A DNA stretch of 63,917 nt, counting the filler, from Phoronis australis (Eukaryota; Animalia; Phoronida): the NCBI GenBank assembly GCA_002633005.1. It is 6 parts of 6 records of this genome, joined end to end, with 100 filler letters (N's around TTAATTAATTAA, not from the genome) between each part and the next. Parts side by side here need not be neighbours in the genome. Positions count along the whole stretch, not along the records: positions 41,931 to 52,790 come from NMRA01001728.1; positions 52,891 to 57,310 come from NMRA01001906.1; positions 57,411 to 62,527 come from NMRA01002422.1; 3 more parts are not named here. One strand, given 5' to 3'. Shown piece after piece: positions 48,909 through 61,254 of this stretch (within the stretch, counting starts at the first letter, position 1; each line of letters opens with the position of its first letter). The position numbers and the translations under genes were made by a program. The notes under the pieces were generated by a model. That model saw only the letters and a list, made by a program, of their open reading frames with translations, did not search any database and was not told where the DNA came from.

Positions 48909-49129
48909 TGTTACATTCGTTTATTACTTTAGTTTTTGTGGAAGTCGCTAGGTGTCGCACCAAGTTGTGCGCACGCGTACCTCCCCCTTCCTGGCCTGGA
49001 CATTTTGTAAAAAGATCACGTTTTTTGTTTCGCTCCTATAGGATATATTTGTCAATCACAACCTCGTGACAATATAGTAGCCAGGAAAGAGAATTGGTTT
49101 ATTTTTTGTCTTGTGCATTGCCATTCCTT
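48909..49129 (+). repeat. 3' LTR (alignable part)
   Basis: Begins with TG after a decayed purine-rich tract (aattaaggaatctgag) and matches the 5' LTR. Confidence 0.9.
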
Positions 49130-49151
49130 TTAATTAATACTTCTAATACTA

Positions 49152-50568
49152 CCGTACTCCTTCGGCCCACTCCCGAAATTTTCAATTTTTCATTTTTAAG
49201 CGCCCATGCTCTGCTTAACGCCCACCACCAATTTTTCATGATCAAGACTTTCTTAAAAGTGTCTGTGCTTCTGTGAAAGTTCGTCGCTGAAAACCAAGAT
49301 TCCAAAACGTGCGCACATCACTTACCTTTTAGTGACAATCAATCAGTTTTAGCGATACCGAGACCTTGCCTTGCTATGGCGGTAAAATATGCAAAGGGCG
49401 TATTCTCAATGCACTTTACTGAAGGAGACACAATTATTTGCTTTGGCTCACCCGCAGAACTCGTGTTAGCATTTACTGATCACTGAGACAGCGCTTATCA
49501 AATACATTTCATTGCCAGGGAAGAACCAGCAAAGCAGTACTTGACAGGAATTTCAAGTCCGTGGCCTACCTCTCTGTGATTCCCCGTGAGTGCCGTGACA
49601 GTAAACCATCCTTAGCAACACGAGCACACTGACATAATTTTGGACGCATTGTTTTGAATACACGCAGACAGGAATCATTGTGTCCAGCCAACTTGTCTCA
49701 CTGTTCCCTGCCTTGAACGCATCTTTTAAATGACTCACTCCCACACCAAAATGGAAGCACCCAACCAAAAGCAACAGCGCAAGAAATCAACTTGTCATTA
49801 AGCGCAAGTCGAAGACTCTATCCACATCCATGTTTTCAAAAACTTATTTTTTTGAACTCTTGATTTGCCTGGTGTCTTTTTACATGTGTTTTTGCTTCAT
49901 TATTTTTGCAGCCAACCTAGCATCCCTATTGCCTAATAGAGGTATGGTGGGATTGTTGAGCAGGTGCTTTGAACAAGAGGTTCAATTCAGAAAGAAATAT
50001 ACAATGTATATAAAATGTTTCATTTTTCAAACTAGGTTCAAAGCATTTTAATGTTTTTAAAAGAACTGAGACCTGTCAATCATTAGCACAAGTTTTGGTT
50101 GCCAAAGTGTCTAGGGAACAAATCTACAAAATCAGGTGCTCCCCTTCTACATACGGGGTGCACTAGCGGAGTTTTGCTTGATCTGCCTTTTCTCTCAAGA
50201 AACTTGCCCTACTGAATGCACGCCTACCTGTAGGAATACCTTAGTTCTAAAAGATGACGAGCAGTGACCGAAGTATTTAAAAAACTCAATCACGCTCGGG
50301 ATCACGGCGCCAATGTGGCGAGTTCGCTATTCCACTTCAGAGAGTCAAAGTTTGTTACTCCAATCCGCCGACGTATATTTGAACTGTTATTCTTGAAGTC
50401 TGACGTGAGTGTAGTTCCGTGAGGGTAAAATCGGTCCTACGTGCAGCAAGCACCCACTACTGACTTTTCAAAAATTTCGTTTTGAACTGCCCATGCTTGG
50501 CTTACCGCCCAGCCCGTTTTTTCAGATTCCCAATTTAAGCACCCTGAGCGATAACCCTGACAAATACA
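49152..50568. mobile_element. Possible TA-flanked non-autonomous DNA transposon (Tc1/pogo-like ends)
   Basis: Ends TA-CCGTA ... TACAG-TA. The subterminal motif gcccatgct..gctta(a/c)cgccca occurs at ~49202 and ~50489. TIR match is weak. Confidence 0.3.
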
Positions 50569-52149
50569 GTAATACTTCTCATGCAATTTCTCATGTACAT
50601 AGCTAACCCAAGTTGTACTGTATCTGTATTATACCAATGATATAAATGTTAAATAAATGACATGTTCATCCTACATAAAATCCCCATCTAACACAAGTAT
50701 TCAATGTTTCATCAAATGTCTAAAACATGAATTTAATTGTAATTTTTCTTAACTCTTAGCCATGGTTGCTCAAACCTCTCGTTTTCCCTGGCAAAATAAC
50801 TTTCAACAACTTATAAATAAAAGCCTTTATTAGTTAATGTCAACGTCCAACAAAAATTCAAAGTGACAAATGAAAGACATGTGACATAATTTCTTCATAT
50901 ACAATTATCAAATCTTTATTGTTTATCAAGAAAAGTTTTTTATAAATGCATTAAATGAATGCAACTTGACGTTTTGTCTATGTAATAATTTTGTACCTGT
51001 CCAATAGATTTAAAGTTACAACCTTGAAATATGCATTAAACAAAACATTTGTTTACTAACCCTTCCTTGGGTGTGCTTCCAAAAGAGTGCACTCTTGTCT
51101 TCCAAGAGTTGAGTAGACTTTGACTTCGAATGTGACGGAACTTCCCTCGCAGTTGTCTGTGGCAACCACAGAGACATTTCTGAACAATATTATGTTGGCC
51201 TGAGAAGAAAAAAATAATGATTTAAAATTATTAATAAAAGGAGACATAAAAAACAAGGGAAGATAAGTTTTAAGTTCACATGAACTATAGACATTATCTT
51301 TTTGCCAAACAACTTAACGTGTCTAAATCTTTCAACCGCATGGGTGACACAATTTCTGAAAAATCAGTTACTTTTTGTTTTATTTTAAACTTTACAATTA
51401 TAAACTGCATTCAGCTTTCGTAATCATGTTCAAGTTAGAATCTAATAAATAGTCATTGACGTAAATTTTTATAAATAGCAAAGTCAGCAGGGCTTCCTCA
51501 TGCATGAGCACTGAGTTGACCTTGAGACAGCACAAATAGACAGCCTCACAGCAATTCTTGAGTTGAGATTCGTCTCCATTTGAATGAATGTGGATATGGA
51601 ATTCGCCACCGTAGACAGGTCCCTTTAAGAAGTTGTTTGCAGGTCCTTCCAACTTTGAGTAAGTACATTTGATTGGTCAATCACAACCTTATTACCTTCA
51701 TGGAATTTCGGCATTGTTTGGTTGACATGTGTTTGGTTGTAGGTATTGGTGTTTTGCAGACGATGCAATGTATAGGTGTATGGATTCCTACTTTGCACTA
51801 CTTTGTGATTCGCCCATGTAATATCAAACAATTATTTTTTCGGTGTTATATTAACCAGTCGTGTCATAACACATTCCAGGTCATGTGAGACATAGTCTGG
51901 CTACAGGGAGGGTGGACGAAGACTGAGTGAAACCGCCAAAGGTGCCCCCAGTCCACTAACAAGCCTGATACAATTTTGTAAAAAGTTTTTAGTTATGTTG
52001 CTTATTTTTATGAAGATATTTTATCTTAGTTTTTGTTCACTCATATTTTGTAAGTACTTTTTACCTTAGTTCTTTCCTATTGATAAAGTATTAAAGAACA
52101 AGAGCTTTTCTTATTTTTAGTCACAGCTGCACATGCAATATTCCTATGT

Positions 52150-52448
52150 TGGGCCTGTAAAGAAAACATTAATGGTCCAATAAGTACTGTACTGGCTCAC
52201 CACTGCACTTTCATTGGCCTAATATGGGTCCAACAATGCATCGATACTGGGCCTTTATGGAGCTGAAACAGATTGTGCTGTATTGGCCCAATAATGGCCT
52301 GGTACTGGCCGTGTATAGCCACTCAGTACCGGCCTAGTACCAAACGGAACTGCAAAATGTTATTGGGCCAGTACTGGCCAACAAAATTGGGCCAATACAG
52401 AAGACAGTTCAGGAGCATTGTTGGCCCATTACCTGCATGTTTACTGGG
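52150..52448. mobile_element. End of a DNA transposon with dense subterminal repeats (EnSpm/CMC-like)
   Basis: About 12 GGCCCAATA / TACTGGCC motifs in both orientations, ending at tgtttactggg (reverse complement CCCAGTAAACA). The other end was not found. Confidence 0.5.
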
Positions 52449-53199
52449 TGATGGGCCAGTGGGGAACGTAACTGTCAATATCAGTTTGACAGTGGCAAAC
52501 CAATGTCTGCATAGTCCAGCTCTCTTAATGTCTGCGCTTTTGTCTGATAAGTTCATGTAATCCAGCAATTATGTTGTAAACTGACTGACCCTAACCTTTA
52601 TTTCAAAATACCATTTGCAAGCGACTTTCAACAAATGTTGTGAAGTAGATGCATTTTGTATGAAATTCGTTCACAAAAAACTTTGAATGGAGAAAAAATG
52701 ATTGACTGTCAATGAAATGGGGCTATTCGGAGAATTCTCCTCGCGGTGTCGCTGCTGTACTAGTGGTGATTGAATTGCGCATGCGTGGCTNNNNNNNNNN
52801 NNNNNNNNNNNNNNNNNNNNNNNNNNNNNNNNNNTTAATTAATTAANNNNNNNNNNNNNNNNNNNNNNNNNNNNNNNNNNNNNNNNNNNNTAATTTCAAG
52901 GGCATGGAGTCTTCTACATGTCCATGTTATTATTTTTAGTTTTCTCGTGGGGGCAGCTTCGCTATAAGGGTACAGCTTACTGCTGGTTTTTCACAAGACG
53001 GAAACGTACCTCCACGGAAACAGTTCCAGTGTTACCATGGTAACCGATATTGCAGTGTCGGTGCCGTTTTTACTGACATTGGTCATGAACCTATCATGTG
53101 ATATCAAAATTGTTCAGAAACGATTCTGTTTGGAGCAGAAACTGGAATAGAAAATTTGGTAAAAAATGACTCATTCCACACCAAGAAATTGCCTCATTT

Positions 53200-53472
53200 T
53201 GCCCCCCAGAACACTTCCCTTGTATCTCCTAAACCACCAAACTTTGTAGTGTCATACTTCACTCATTTTCTCTCATCCCTAATGTGATTTATCAGACTAA
53301 ACATGGATCTGAATGGTTGACCCCCCACCTTGCCGCTTGTTGGCTGTACTGTGGTCGGTGGATCCGTGGACTGATACTTAATGGCCATTTTTACGATACA
53401 AATCAACACCAAAAAACAACAGTATTTGCGGAGCCGGTCGTGGGCGCATTTCAACGTTACGCATTACTCTTG
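53200..53472 (+). mobile_element. 3' fragment of a HINE-like element
   Basis: Core-unit remnant followed by GTGGGCGCATTTCAACG..CTCTTG, as at 34596 and 56279. Confidence 0.6.
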
Positions 53473-54706
53473 CAAAGTTCCACCCCATAGCATTACCCTA
53501 AGTTTTGAGTCGGCTAACACAACAAGTAACTTATCTTTCAAGCAGTCTGCCTGACTGGGCGGCTTTCGTGGAGACTGCAAAAATAACTCTCGTGTACGCT
53601 GCTGAGCAATCCATCGTTGCTGCGATCTGGGCCACTGCAATCGCATAGGTTTCTCAACAATGGCTTTCGCCCACTTTGACGAGCTCGCAAATTTCCACAG
53701 TTCGATCAAAGCACGAGTTATATAAATTATCATGTTGGTGTTGTTTGACCATTTTGCAACTTTCTTTATTAAACTGGAGCTTTTTCTTGAAACACCTGGC
53801 TGTTCTCATACCGCTGGGCAGAAAATCTTGTGGCCTATATCAAATTGCCAGACATTTCCTACTGAAAACATAATTACATTAGGAATCGTACTTAGCTTCA
53901 TTTCAACTAAATTAGGAACAAAAACAGAAAGTACATTTACTTTGGAGTAGTTTAGTTATGTCAGCGTGTGAGGTGAAGCGTTATCACCTTGACGCACACT
54001 TGATTGAATATCTGTTAATCTTTACGTATTTTATTGGACTTTTATACTACACGCAGCTCCCGGAATAGGTCACTACGATTTTGTAATCCAAAATGTAAAT
54101 GCCGAGCTTTTTCATAAATAAAACGTAAGCCACTTTTAAAGGTTTGTTTAAAGAACGATTTAAGGGATTACAGGCTAATTTGGGAAAACTAGACATCCAT
54201 TTCCGCTTACTCCGGAAATTTCAAACTTTTTCTGGTAAGGTTGCAATTCCTATGTTGAGGTAGGGTTCATTTGCAACATCTGCTATTTTTTTCTTTAATT
54301 AAGTTATATACCTTACGTTTTAGCTAACAACAGGCAAATGTATTCATCAAAAGTTAAGAAATATTGGTTTGTATCCGTGTATGATATCAGGTAGAACTAG
54401 AATTGTAATATTGCCCGTGGTTTGCAGGGTTCCGTATGATGAACTTTGGGCGTGAGTGACGAAGAAAACAAGAAACGGTACAATTATATTTGCACTTTTC
54501 CGTATCAACCCATTAATTGTTAATGTACAGTGTATGGACTCTGTCAGTACTAACTCCATTGAGAGAGAGAGAAAAGCGTTTATTTAAAAACAGAATACAA
54601 TAACGTGTTAAGAAAACGTGTGGTCCTAGGTGGCTCCTGTAAGATACACTGAAACTAATAAAATCGGAGGCCACCAAAACAATTTACGTTAATATAGTGC
54701 ATACCA

Positions 54707-56313
54707 TTTTTATGCGCCCACATATTTATGTTGCCGTCATCTCTGTCTGTCCGGCGTCCGCAGCTGTATCTCGTAAAACCCTCACAGGATCTTGATGAGA
54801 TTTGGAAGATGTGTTCCTATGAAGCTGACAACGGACGACGACGAATTTCAGACCTCTCTGACTACAGGTGTGCCTCCTAGTGGTAATTTTATTTTTGCAC
54901 TCTTACCTCTGTATCTCCGGATGGTCTCAACGGATTTTCATAAAATTTGGAAGTTAGGCATCTATTAGTGAGATGATGCCATCCTCTTGTTTTCGGACGG
55001 ATTCAAGGTACTTTGCGCCACCTAGTGGCCATTTTTACTGTTTTCGAGTCTGTTTTTTGGCGTCTGCCGTTCTATCAACCAAACCGCTCTAGGAATGATT
55101 TTGAAAATTAGCACGTCATATGTTCTTACAGTGGAGACTACGAGGGCGACTGACGATGATTGTCCGACGACTTCGACAACTGTGTTTGTTTTTGCGCCCA
55201 TGGCTGTATTTCCTAAACCTTTCACAGAATCTTAATGACATTTGGCAGATTTGTTCCCATGAAGGTGACAACAGATGACAAGGCATTTCGAACCTCTCCG
55301 ACTACTGGTGTGCCCCCTATTGGCAATTTTATTTTTTTACGCTTACATCTGTAGATTCGGAGGTCTTCAATGGATTTTCATCAAATTTGGAACTTGGACA
55401 TTAGAGAGATGATGCCATCCTCCCATTTTCGGACGGAATCGGGGTACTTTGCGCCACCTAGTGGCCACTTTTACTGTTTTGAGTCTGTTTTTTTGGCGTC
55501 CGCCGTTCTATCAAGCAAACCGCTCTAGGTATGATTTTAAAAGTTGGCATATATGTTCTTTCTGTGAAGAGGGCGGCAGACGATGATTTTCTTATGACTT
55601 GAAATTCTATGACGCCTCCTAGTGGCGGTTTTGTTTGTTTTGCGCCCATGGCTGTATCTCCTGAATGCTCTTCAGGATCTTTATTGAATTTTGCTGGTGT
55701 ATTTATATGAAGTTGGCTACAGAGGATGACGACTTTCGGACGGATCGGGCAATTTTAGTTGTTTACGTTTACCTCTGTATCTTAAAGGATCGTCAATGGA
55801 TTTTCATAAAATTTGGCAGTTAGGCATCTATCAGTGAGGTGACGCTATCATCCGGTTTTCGGTAAAATTTGAGGCATTTTGCGCCACCTTTTGGCCATTT
55901 TCATAATTTTCGAGTCTTGTTACTTGACGTCTGCCTTTCTGTCAACCAAAACACTCTAAGGATGGTTGTGGAAATTGACATTTATGTTCGTATTGGGAAG
56001 AGGAAGTCTGACGATGATTTTCCGATGACTTTATCTACTTTGGTGGCTCTGCGGCAGTTTTGTTTTTTGTACTTATAGCCTCTTAGTGGCAATTTCATGT
56101 TTTCATTTTCCTCTGTTTTCTCAGAAGTTCCTTGACAGGTTTTTATGAAATTTGTTAAATAGCTTTGATGACACATACATTAGTTCTCAGATGGAATCGA
56201 CATATTTTGCGCCATCCGGTTGCAAATTTTTATGTTCCAAATAAACACCCCTAGAAACACAACGTTAGCGGTGCATTCGTGGGCGCATTTCAATGCTCCA
56301 CGTTGTTCTTGTT
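54707..56313 (+). mobile_element. Complete HINE-like element with an expanded array (~10 core units)
   Basis: 5' ttttATGCGCCCAC..ctctgtctgtccggcgtccgc and 3' GTGGGCGCATttcaatgctccacgttgttcttgtt. Core units are homologous to 33650-34290. Confidence 0.85.
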
Positions 56314-56621
56314 AAAATTAAAATTGATTATAATTCAAAATAAGCTATCAATTAATAACTAAGCATTATAGAAGAAAACAATCAAGACATACTAGTAAAA
56401 ATATGCAAACATTAGGCAGATTTTGAGCTTTTGGGGCACGGCACAATTTTTTGTTTCTTATAAGTACATTCAGAGGGGGACGGCAGGTAAAGCTCCAAAA
56501 ATCAGACTTGGTGAGTAAATTACAGCACGTAAAGTATAATTGCACAGTCAACGGCGATATTCATGAAGCTGCTGATTCTTTACTCTCACCTCTTCCTGCA
56601 CGAGAAACAAAGAGCTAACGA

Positions 56622-56768
56622 CATTGGCGGATCCAGGGGGTCCAGACCCTCCTTTTCCCTTAGTATTAGAAATATCAAATCTGGAATTTTCAAAATTGAT
56701 GTCGTGGACCCCCTTTTTAAAAAATCCGTGATCCGACCTCCCTTTTGAAAATCCTGGATCTGCCCCTG
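56622..56768. mobile_element. MITE, GGCGGATCCAGG family; inverted relative at 59162-59312
   Basis: TIRs cattggcggatccagg / cctggatctgcccctg. Internal sequence is similar to the reverse complement of 59162-59312. Confidence 0.75.
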
Positions 56769-57529
56769 CACGGCTCACACAATCATTAATGTAGCTCCAC
56801 ACTCATGAACACGACTTACGGTCCTTTTAAATTTAGTTCAAATATAAACACTGCCCCCAACTCGCAATACACTGCATGCAGGGAAACATATCCCCATGGG
56901 TGGAAATTCTGGAAAACGACAATACAAAAACATCAAATGGAATCAAATACGCCCGGGCGTTTTATCAAAAAGAGAGGGGATATTTGGAAACTGTACGGAC
57001 TGAAGTGTGACAGTGGATGCTTGTGAGTTCTTGTTAGGTATTTTGGGAGGTGTCCGACTGTTTGCTGGTTTTATCACCTTCATGCAGTAAAGGTCGACCT
57101 CTTTTATCTTGTTCGTGCTCAACATTCACCGCCACGCCACCTGCAGGATTCCCGCGACGTTCCTGATACTTATCAACCACAGGGACAGCTGCGTCATAAA
57201 GGTAGAGCATGCTTGTTATGTTGCACTAGTAACATTGAATACGAGTATTTTGGAACAATCCATAAAACATTTGCCGAAAATACACCCATGGCCATCCGAA
57301 AATACACCCTNNNNNNNNNNNNNNNNNNNNNNNNNNNNNNNNNNNNNNNNNNNNTTAATTAATTAANNNNNNNNNNNNNNNNNNNNNNNNNNNNNNNNNN
57401 NNNNNNNNNNACTAAATAAACCTGTAGTTTTGGCAGCCTGAAATAGCATAATGAATTCATAAACAGTTTGCCAGTGGAATAACTATTTCAATTACCCAAC
57501 TATGATGCAAATTTTTGGGGGTTGAAACA

Positions 57530-57856
57530 TGCAGTTGAGTCCACCACAAATGGCATGCTTCTAGGGCAGTTTACAACTATCAAAAGTTCAAAGCCACTAG
57601 GTGGCACAGAATATGTTGAGCCCGTACAAAAATCGGAAAGCCTTGTCCTCTTCCTGATAGAAATCTATATGCCAAATTTAGTGAAAATCCGTCAACAGGA
57701 AAACTGAAGACAGACGAGCAAGCATAAAAATGAATTGCCAGTATGAGGCACAGCTTCGTATCCTAAAGGGGCTAAGCCGTGACAGCAGCAGACACCGGAC
57801 GCCCTGACAGAGATGATGCCAATATGCACCACATATGTACATGTGGCCGCATAGAA
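57530..57856 (-). mobile_element. 5' part of a HINE-like element on the reverse strand
   Basis: Reverse complement reads tttctATGCGGCCACatgtacatatGTGGTGCAT..catctctgtcagggcgtccgg, followed by a core unit (gtgccacctagtggc). Confidence 0.65.
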
Positions 57857-58494
57857 ATTGCCAAGAAAATCAAAGTGGCCATAAAATCACCCTATACTAT
57901 CCAAAATAACTTTTGATTTAGACCATTTACCATCAATAAAATGGTCTCAAATTGTTCCTTTGTCAAATCAGAGGTTGTTCTTGCAGTAGAAAGAACTGGC
58001 AGTGCGTTATTTCATGAGACCACAAGTAGGATTAAGTGCTGCAAATCATTTCGTAACTAACTTAGCCATGCCAGCATGACTTCGATAGGCTCAGCCATAA
58101 ATCCCATAAGGACAATTTGTTACAAGACAAATTACAGATTTTCAAATCAACAATTCAACCTGTTTACTAGTCTTATTGGTTCATGAAACTAACAGGAGAT
58201 GGGAAATAGATGATAACGCACACATATATCACCTTCCTTTATTCTTTATCGACTTTAACTTTCCAAAGCATGGCCAAATAACTGTGGGGAGATCTCTAGA
58301 CTCCGTCTATTTTTATTTTCACACAAGAGTGGAGACTTGTGAAGAGCTGTGAGTTGTGTTACTATGTCAACCCTTTCACACGCTAGTTGGTTATTTAGTA
58401 CGTTTCAACTGATTTCTGGAGCCTATCACTAGAACAACCTTGGCTTTCCTTTTTTGGTGTTCAGGAGAGAGATAGAAACTAGAAGGAGGCTCAC

Positions 58495-60231
58495 CATGAT
58501 GAAGACATCGTTGAACTGCATCATAGCACCAATTTCAAAGTCATTCTGTGGATATCTGAAGTATGGGAAGTCTTTGGACAGAATGGGTAAGGCAAAGTCA
58601 CTGTGGCCATCGATGTGAACCTGTAGGAAAACATTGAAAATGTATTCGGACATCACTAGTTATGGTTAACCTAATCAGCCAGTCTGTACAGTTAACTAAA
58701 TGTCTGCTAAGCTACAGAATTTAATTCCGCAAAAGTACTTATTCCGAAAGCACATATTTCATTTCACAAAGCCTATATGTAAAACTTAGTTTGTAACGTT
58801 ATTTCAAACTGCCACTGATTGGGTCATGTGACTAGTCATGTGACCATGATTTTTAGTACCATTAAGCAAAAGAAAGGTATAAGCACAGCAAAAAACAAAG
58901 GTATCAAAAACATAATAAAGTTTCTTTTCACAAACAGAAGGTGAAATTTCGGAATTGCTGTTACAGTTTCATAAGAAATTAACATACCGGTAGCACTTTC
59001 ATTTCATGCAAATTTAAAATTTTCCTTGTTTTCGGAAGCACCCAATGCAAAAGCGGAACACAGTTTAACATGAAAGTCACGCACCAGCATACATCTTAAC
59101 TACCTCACTGTCAACACTGATTATGTGGTAAGCTTCTCATCAACGTTCATAGGCAATTTGGCAGGGGCAGATCCAGGATTTTTTAAAAGGGGGTGTCTAA
59201 TCAAGGATTTTTTTAAAAATGGGGGTCAAAGTAAACAATTTGAAAATTCTAGAATTGATAAATCAATGGAAAAGGGGGTCCGGACCCCTTTGATTTCCTG
59301 GATCTGTTTATGTGAGGTTTGAATAATTTTCATTCACCAAATGCAATGTAAACATAACCTGATAGCAACATGGTATAATCAAACTCAAAAAAAATAAAAT
59401 AAATGACAGTAACTGAAGAGGAAACATGTAAGACACTCACCAGAACATTTCCAGACTTCTGCAAGTGGCCAGAGTTAGCAGCATGGAACCAGTATGGCAG
59501 GACTGCAATTTATGAGAAGTTATCAGACAATGTACATATACAGTTGGGTATTGTACATAAAAGTGAGATTCGTGTCTTTTGAGTTTTTTCTTTTATATAT
59601 TCATGAGTTGTTAAGTGTGAGAAAATGAAACGAAACAAAATTTTATGTTCTTTACAACGGCCTCTTTTTGTTACATACCTTTGTTAAATTTTTAAACATC
59701 CTTTTAAAAATAGCAAGTCTTACGTGAAGTATTTTTAAAAATTCTTGCTGCCCAGAATTCAACTAGTCCCTGAGCTACAACACACATCAGTGAGACATGC
59801 AAAAGTCAGATTCTCACTTTGACACGTCCAATTGAATCTGACAAGTTTTTCATCATGGCAAGAAAATGCAGCCCATTTGTAGGTATATGACTATGTTTCC
59901 AATAAAAAAGCCGATTTTGTCACAAAACTGAAATATTTCCCACAAAATTTGGAAATTCCAGCCAATTCTTTATTCTTAGCTGCAAAAAATATATCTAGAA
60001 TTTACAGTACAGCCACCATTCTACAATATACTGACCCTCATGATGTTCTTCAACTATGACCACAGGCAAGTGACCTGCATCCAATTTTTCAATGATAAAC
60101 GGGGGTACTCTCAACATTCGGGTGAACAGATGAAGGCAAATATAGGCTAACAATATCGCCAAAACAACCACTGACAAGATCAACAGACGTCTGTAGGGCC
60201 GAGGCAGTAAGCACAGGCGTCTCCAAGCCAT
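58495..60231 (-). CDS. UPF0489/C5orf22-like protein with an N-terminal transmembrane anchor; first three coding exons, remainder not found before the scaffold join
   Basis: Exons 60231-60036, 59502-59441 and 58620-58495 (GT-AG, in frame) encode [82 protein letters not shown]. This resembles the UPF0489 N-terminus (LPV.VVEDH.EVLP...H.D.H.D) as I recall it. Confidence 0.8.
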
Positions 60232-61254
60232 AGCTGTCGCCTGACACAGTAAGGTACGCTAAGCAATTTCACGCCAGTCTCGAGTCAGGGTACAGCAGTC
60301 TCATCAATGTGGGCGCAATGGTAGCTCAATGACTGGACTACCTCAGTGTCGCTGTTCATGAAATAAACATCGTCCCAGTTCAATGCCGCTTTTTAGTACT
60401 TAGTCACATAGGCTACTGTACACTGAAACTGAGACTTCGGCGTAAAACAGTAGAAGCGTAGCTAGAGCCCATGAAAAATGCCGCCTGTTCAGTTGAACTT
60501 GGCCGACTGGAGTGCCTGGAGTTCGTGAACCGATCGTGGTGCATCTGAGTTCATTACAACTACACGTGTGTTGCTTTTCATAAGATGAGCAAGCTAGTTG
60601 TTCTCCGCAAACAGCAAATTATGTTTGACTATTGTGTTTACTTCCCACTAGGTAAACACCTCCAAACATTAATTTCCTGGAACTGAGTGATACCCGGCCC
60701 ATCGCCGCGGCGCATCAGCAAGCGAACACAGAACAGCCTTGCAAACAAGGGAGATAACTATCTATTCTGTGAATTACGAGCATAATGCCATAGTAGCATA
60801 TTGATAATGTCTGGGGTTACGGTGGTGGCCCGCGGACTCACTTACGGACTCTCATCTCTACTACCAGTCGCTGACCCCTCCCCCTGGAACATCTGTGTTA
60901 GAATTTGAAGAATTTACATATATAAGTCTATGTGCGTGCAATCCTCAGGAATCCCGATTTATGCATGATTGACATTCCAATGCCAAAACGAGGCTTGAAA
61001 GCATGACAGATCTCAGTCGTGTCTCTGAGACTAACTAGACCGGCAGCCCAGAGCACTTAGCATAGATGAACGAGGTACCAACATCTGACCACGGGAGCAT
61101 TTAAAGTCCACCNAGACCGGCATCCCAGAGCACTTAGCATAGATGAACGAGGTACCAACATCTGACCACGGGAGCATTTAAAGTCCACCTCAGTATGTAC
61201 AGAAATGGACGTCTTTGTTGTCTGCACTCTGGGTGTGACCCCTGGGGGCCTTAC

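Larger units (their letters stand above)
43139..49129 (+). mobile_element. Degenerate BEL/Pao LTR retrotransposon
   Basis: Direct LTRs starting TGTTAC at 43139 and 48909, alignable for ~220 bp. Internal order is gag remnant, RT, RNase H, integrase, with frameshifts and stops. Confidence 0.95.

Noticed and set aside
32723-60231. POMT1 plus anchored UPF0489 as a glycosylation gene cluster
   Set aside because: They are separated by three artificial spacers, so physical linkage is unproven.
61037-61189. 76-bp tandem duplication
   Set aside because: The copies abut a single N at 61113, typical of unmerged contig overlap.
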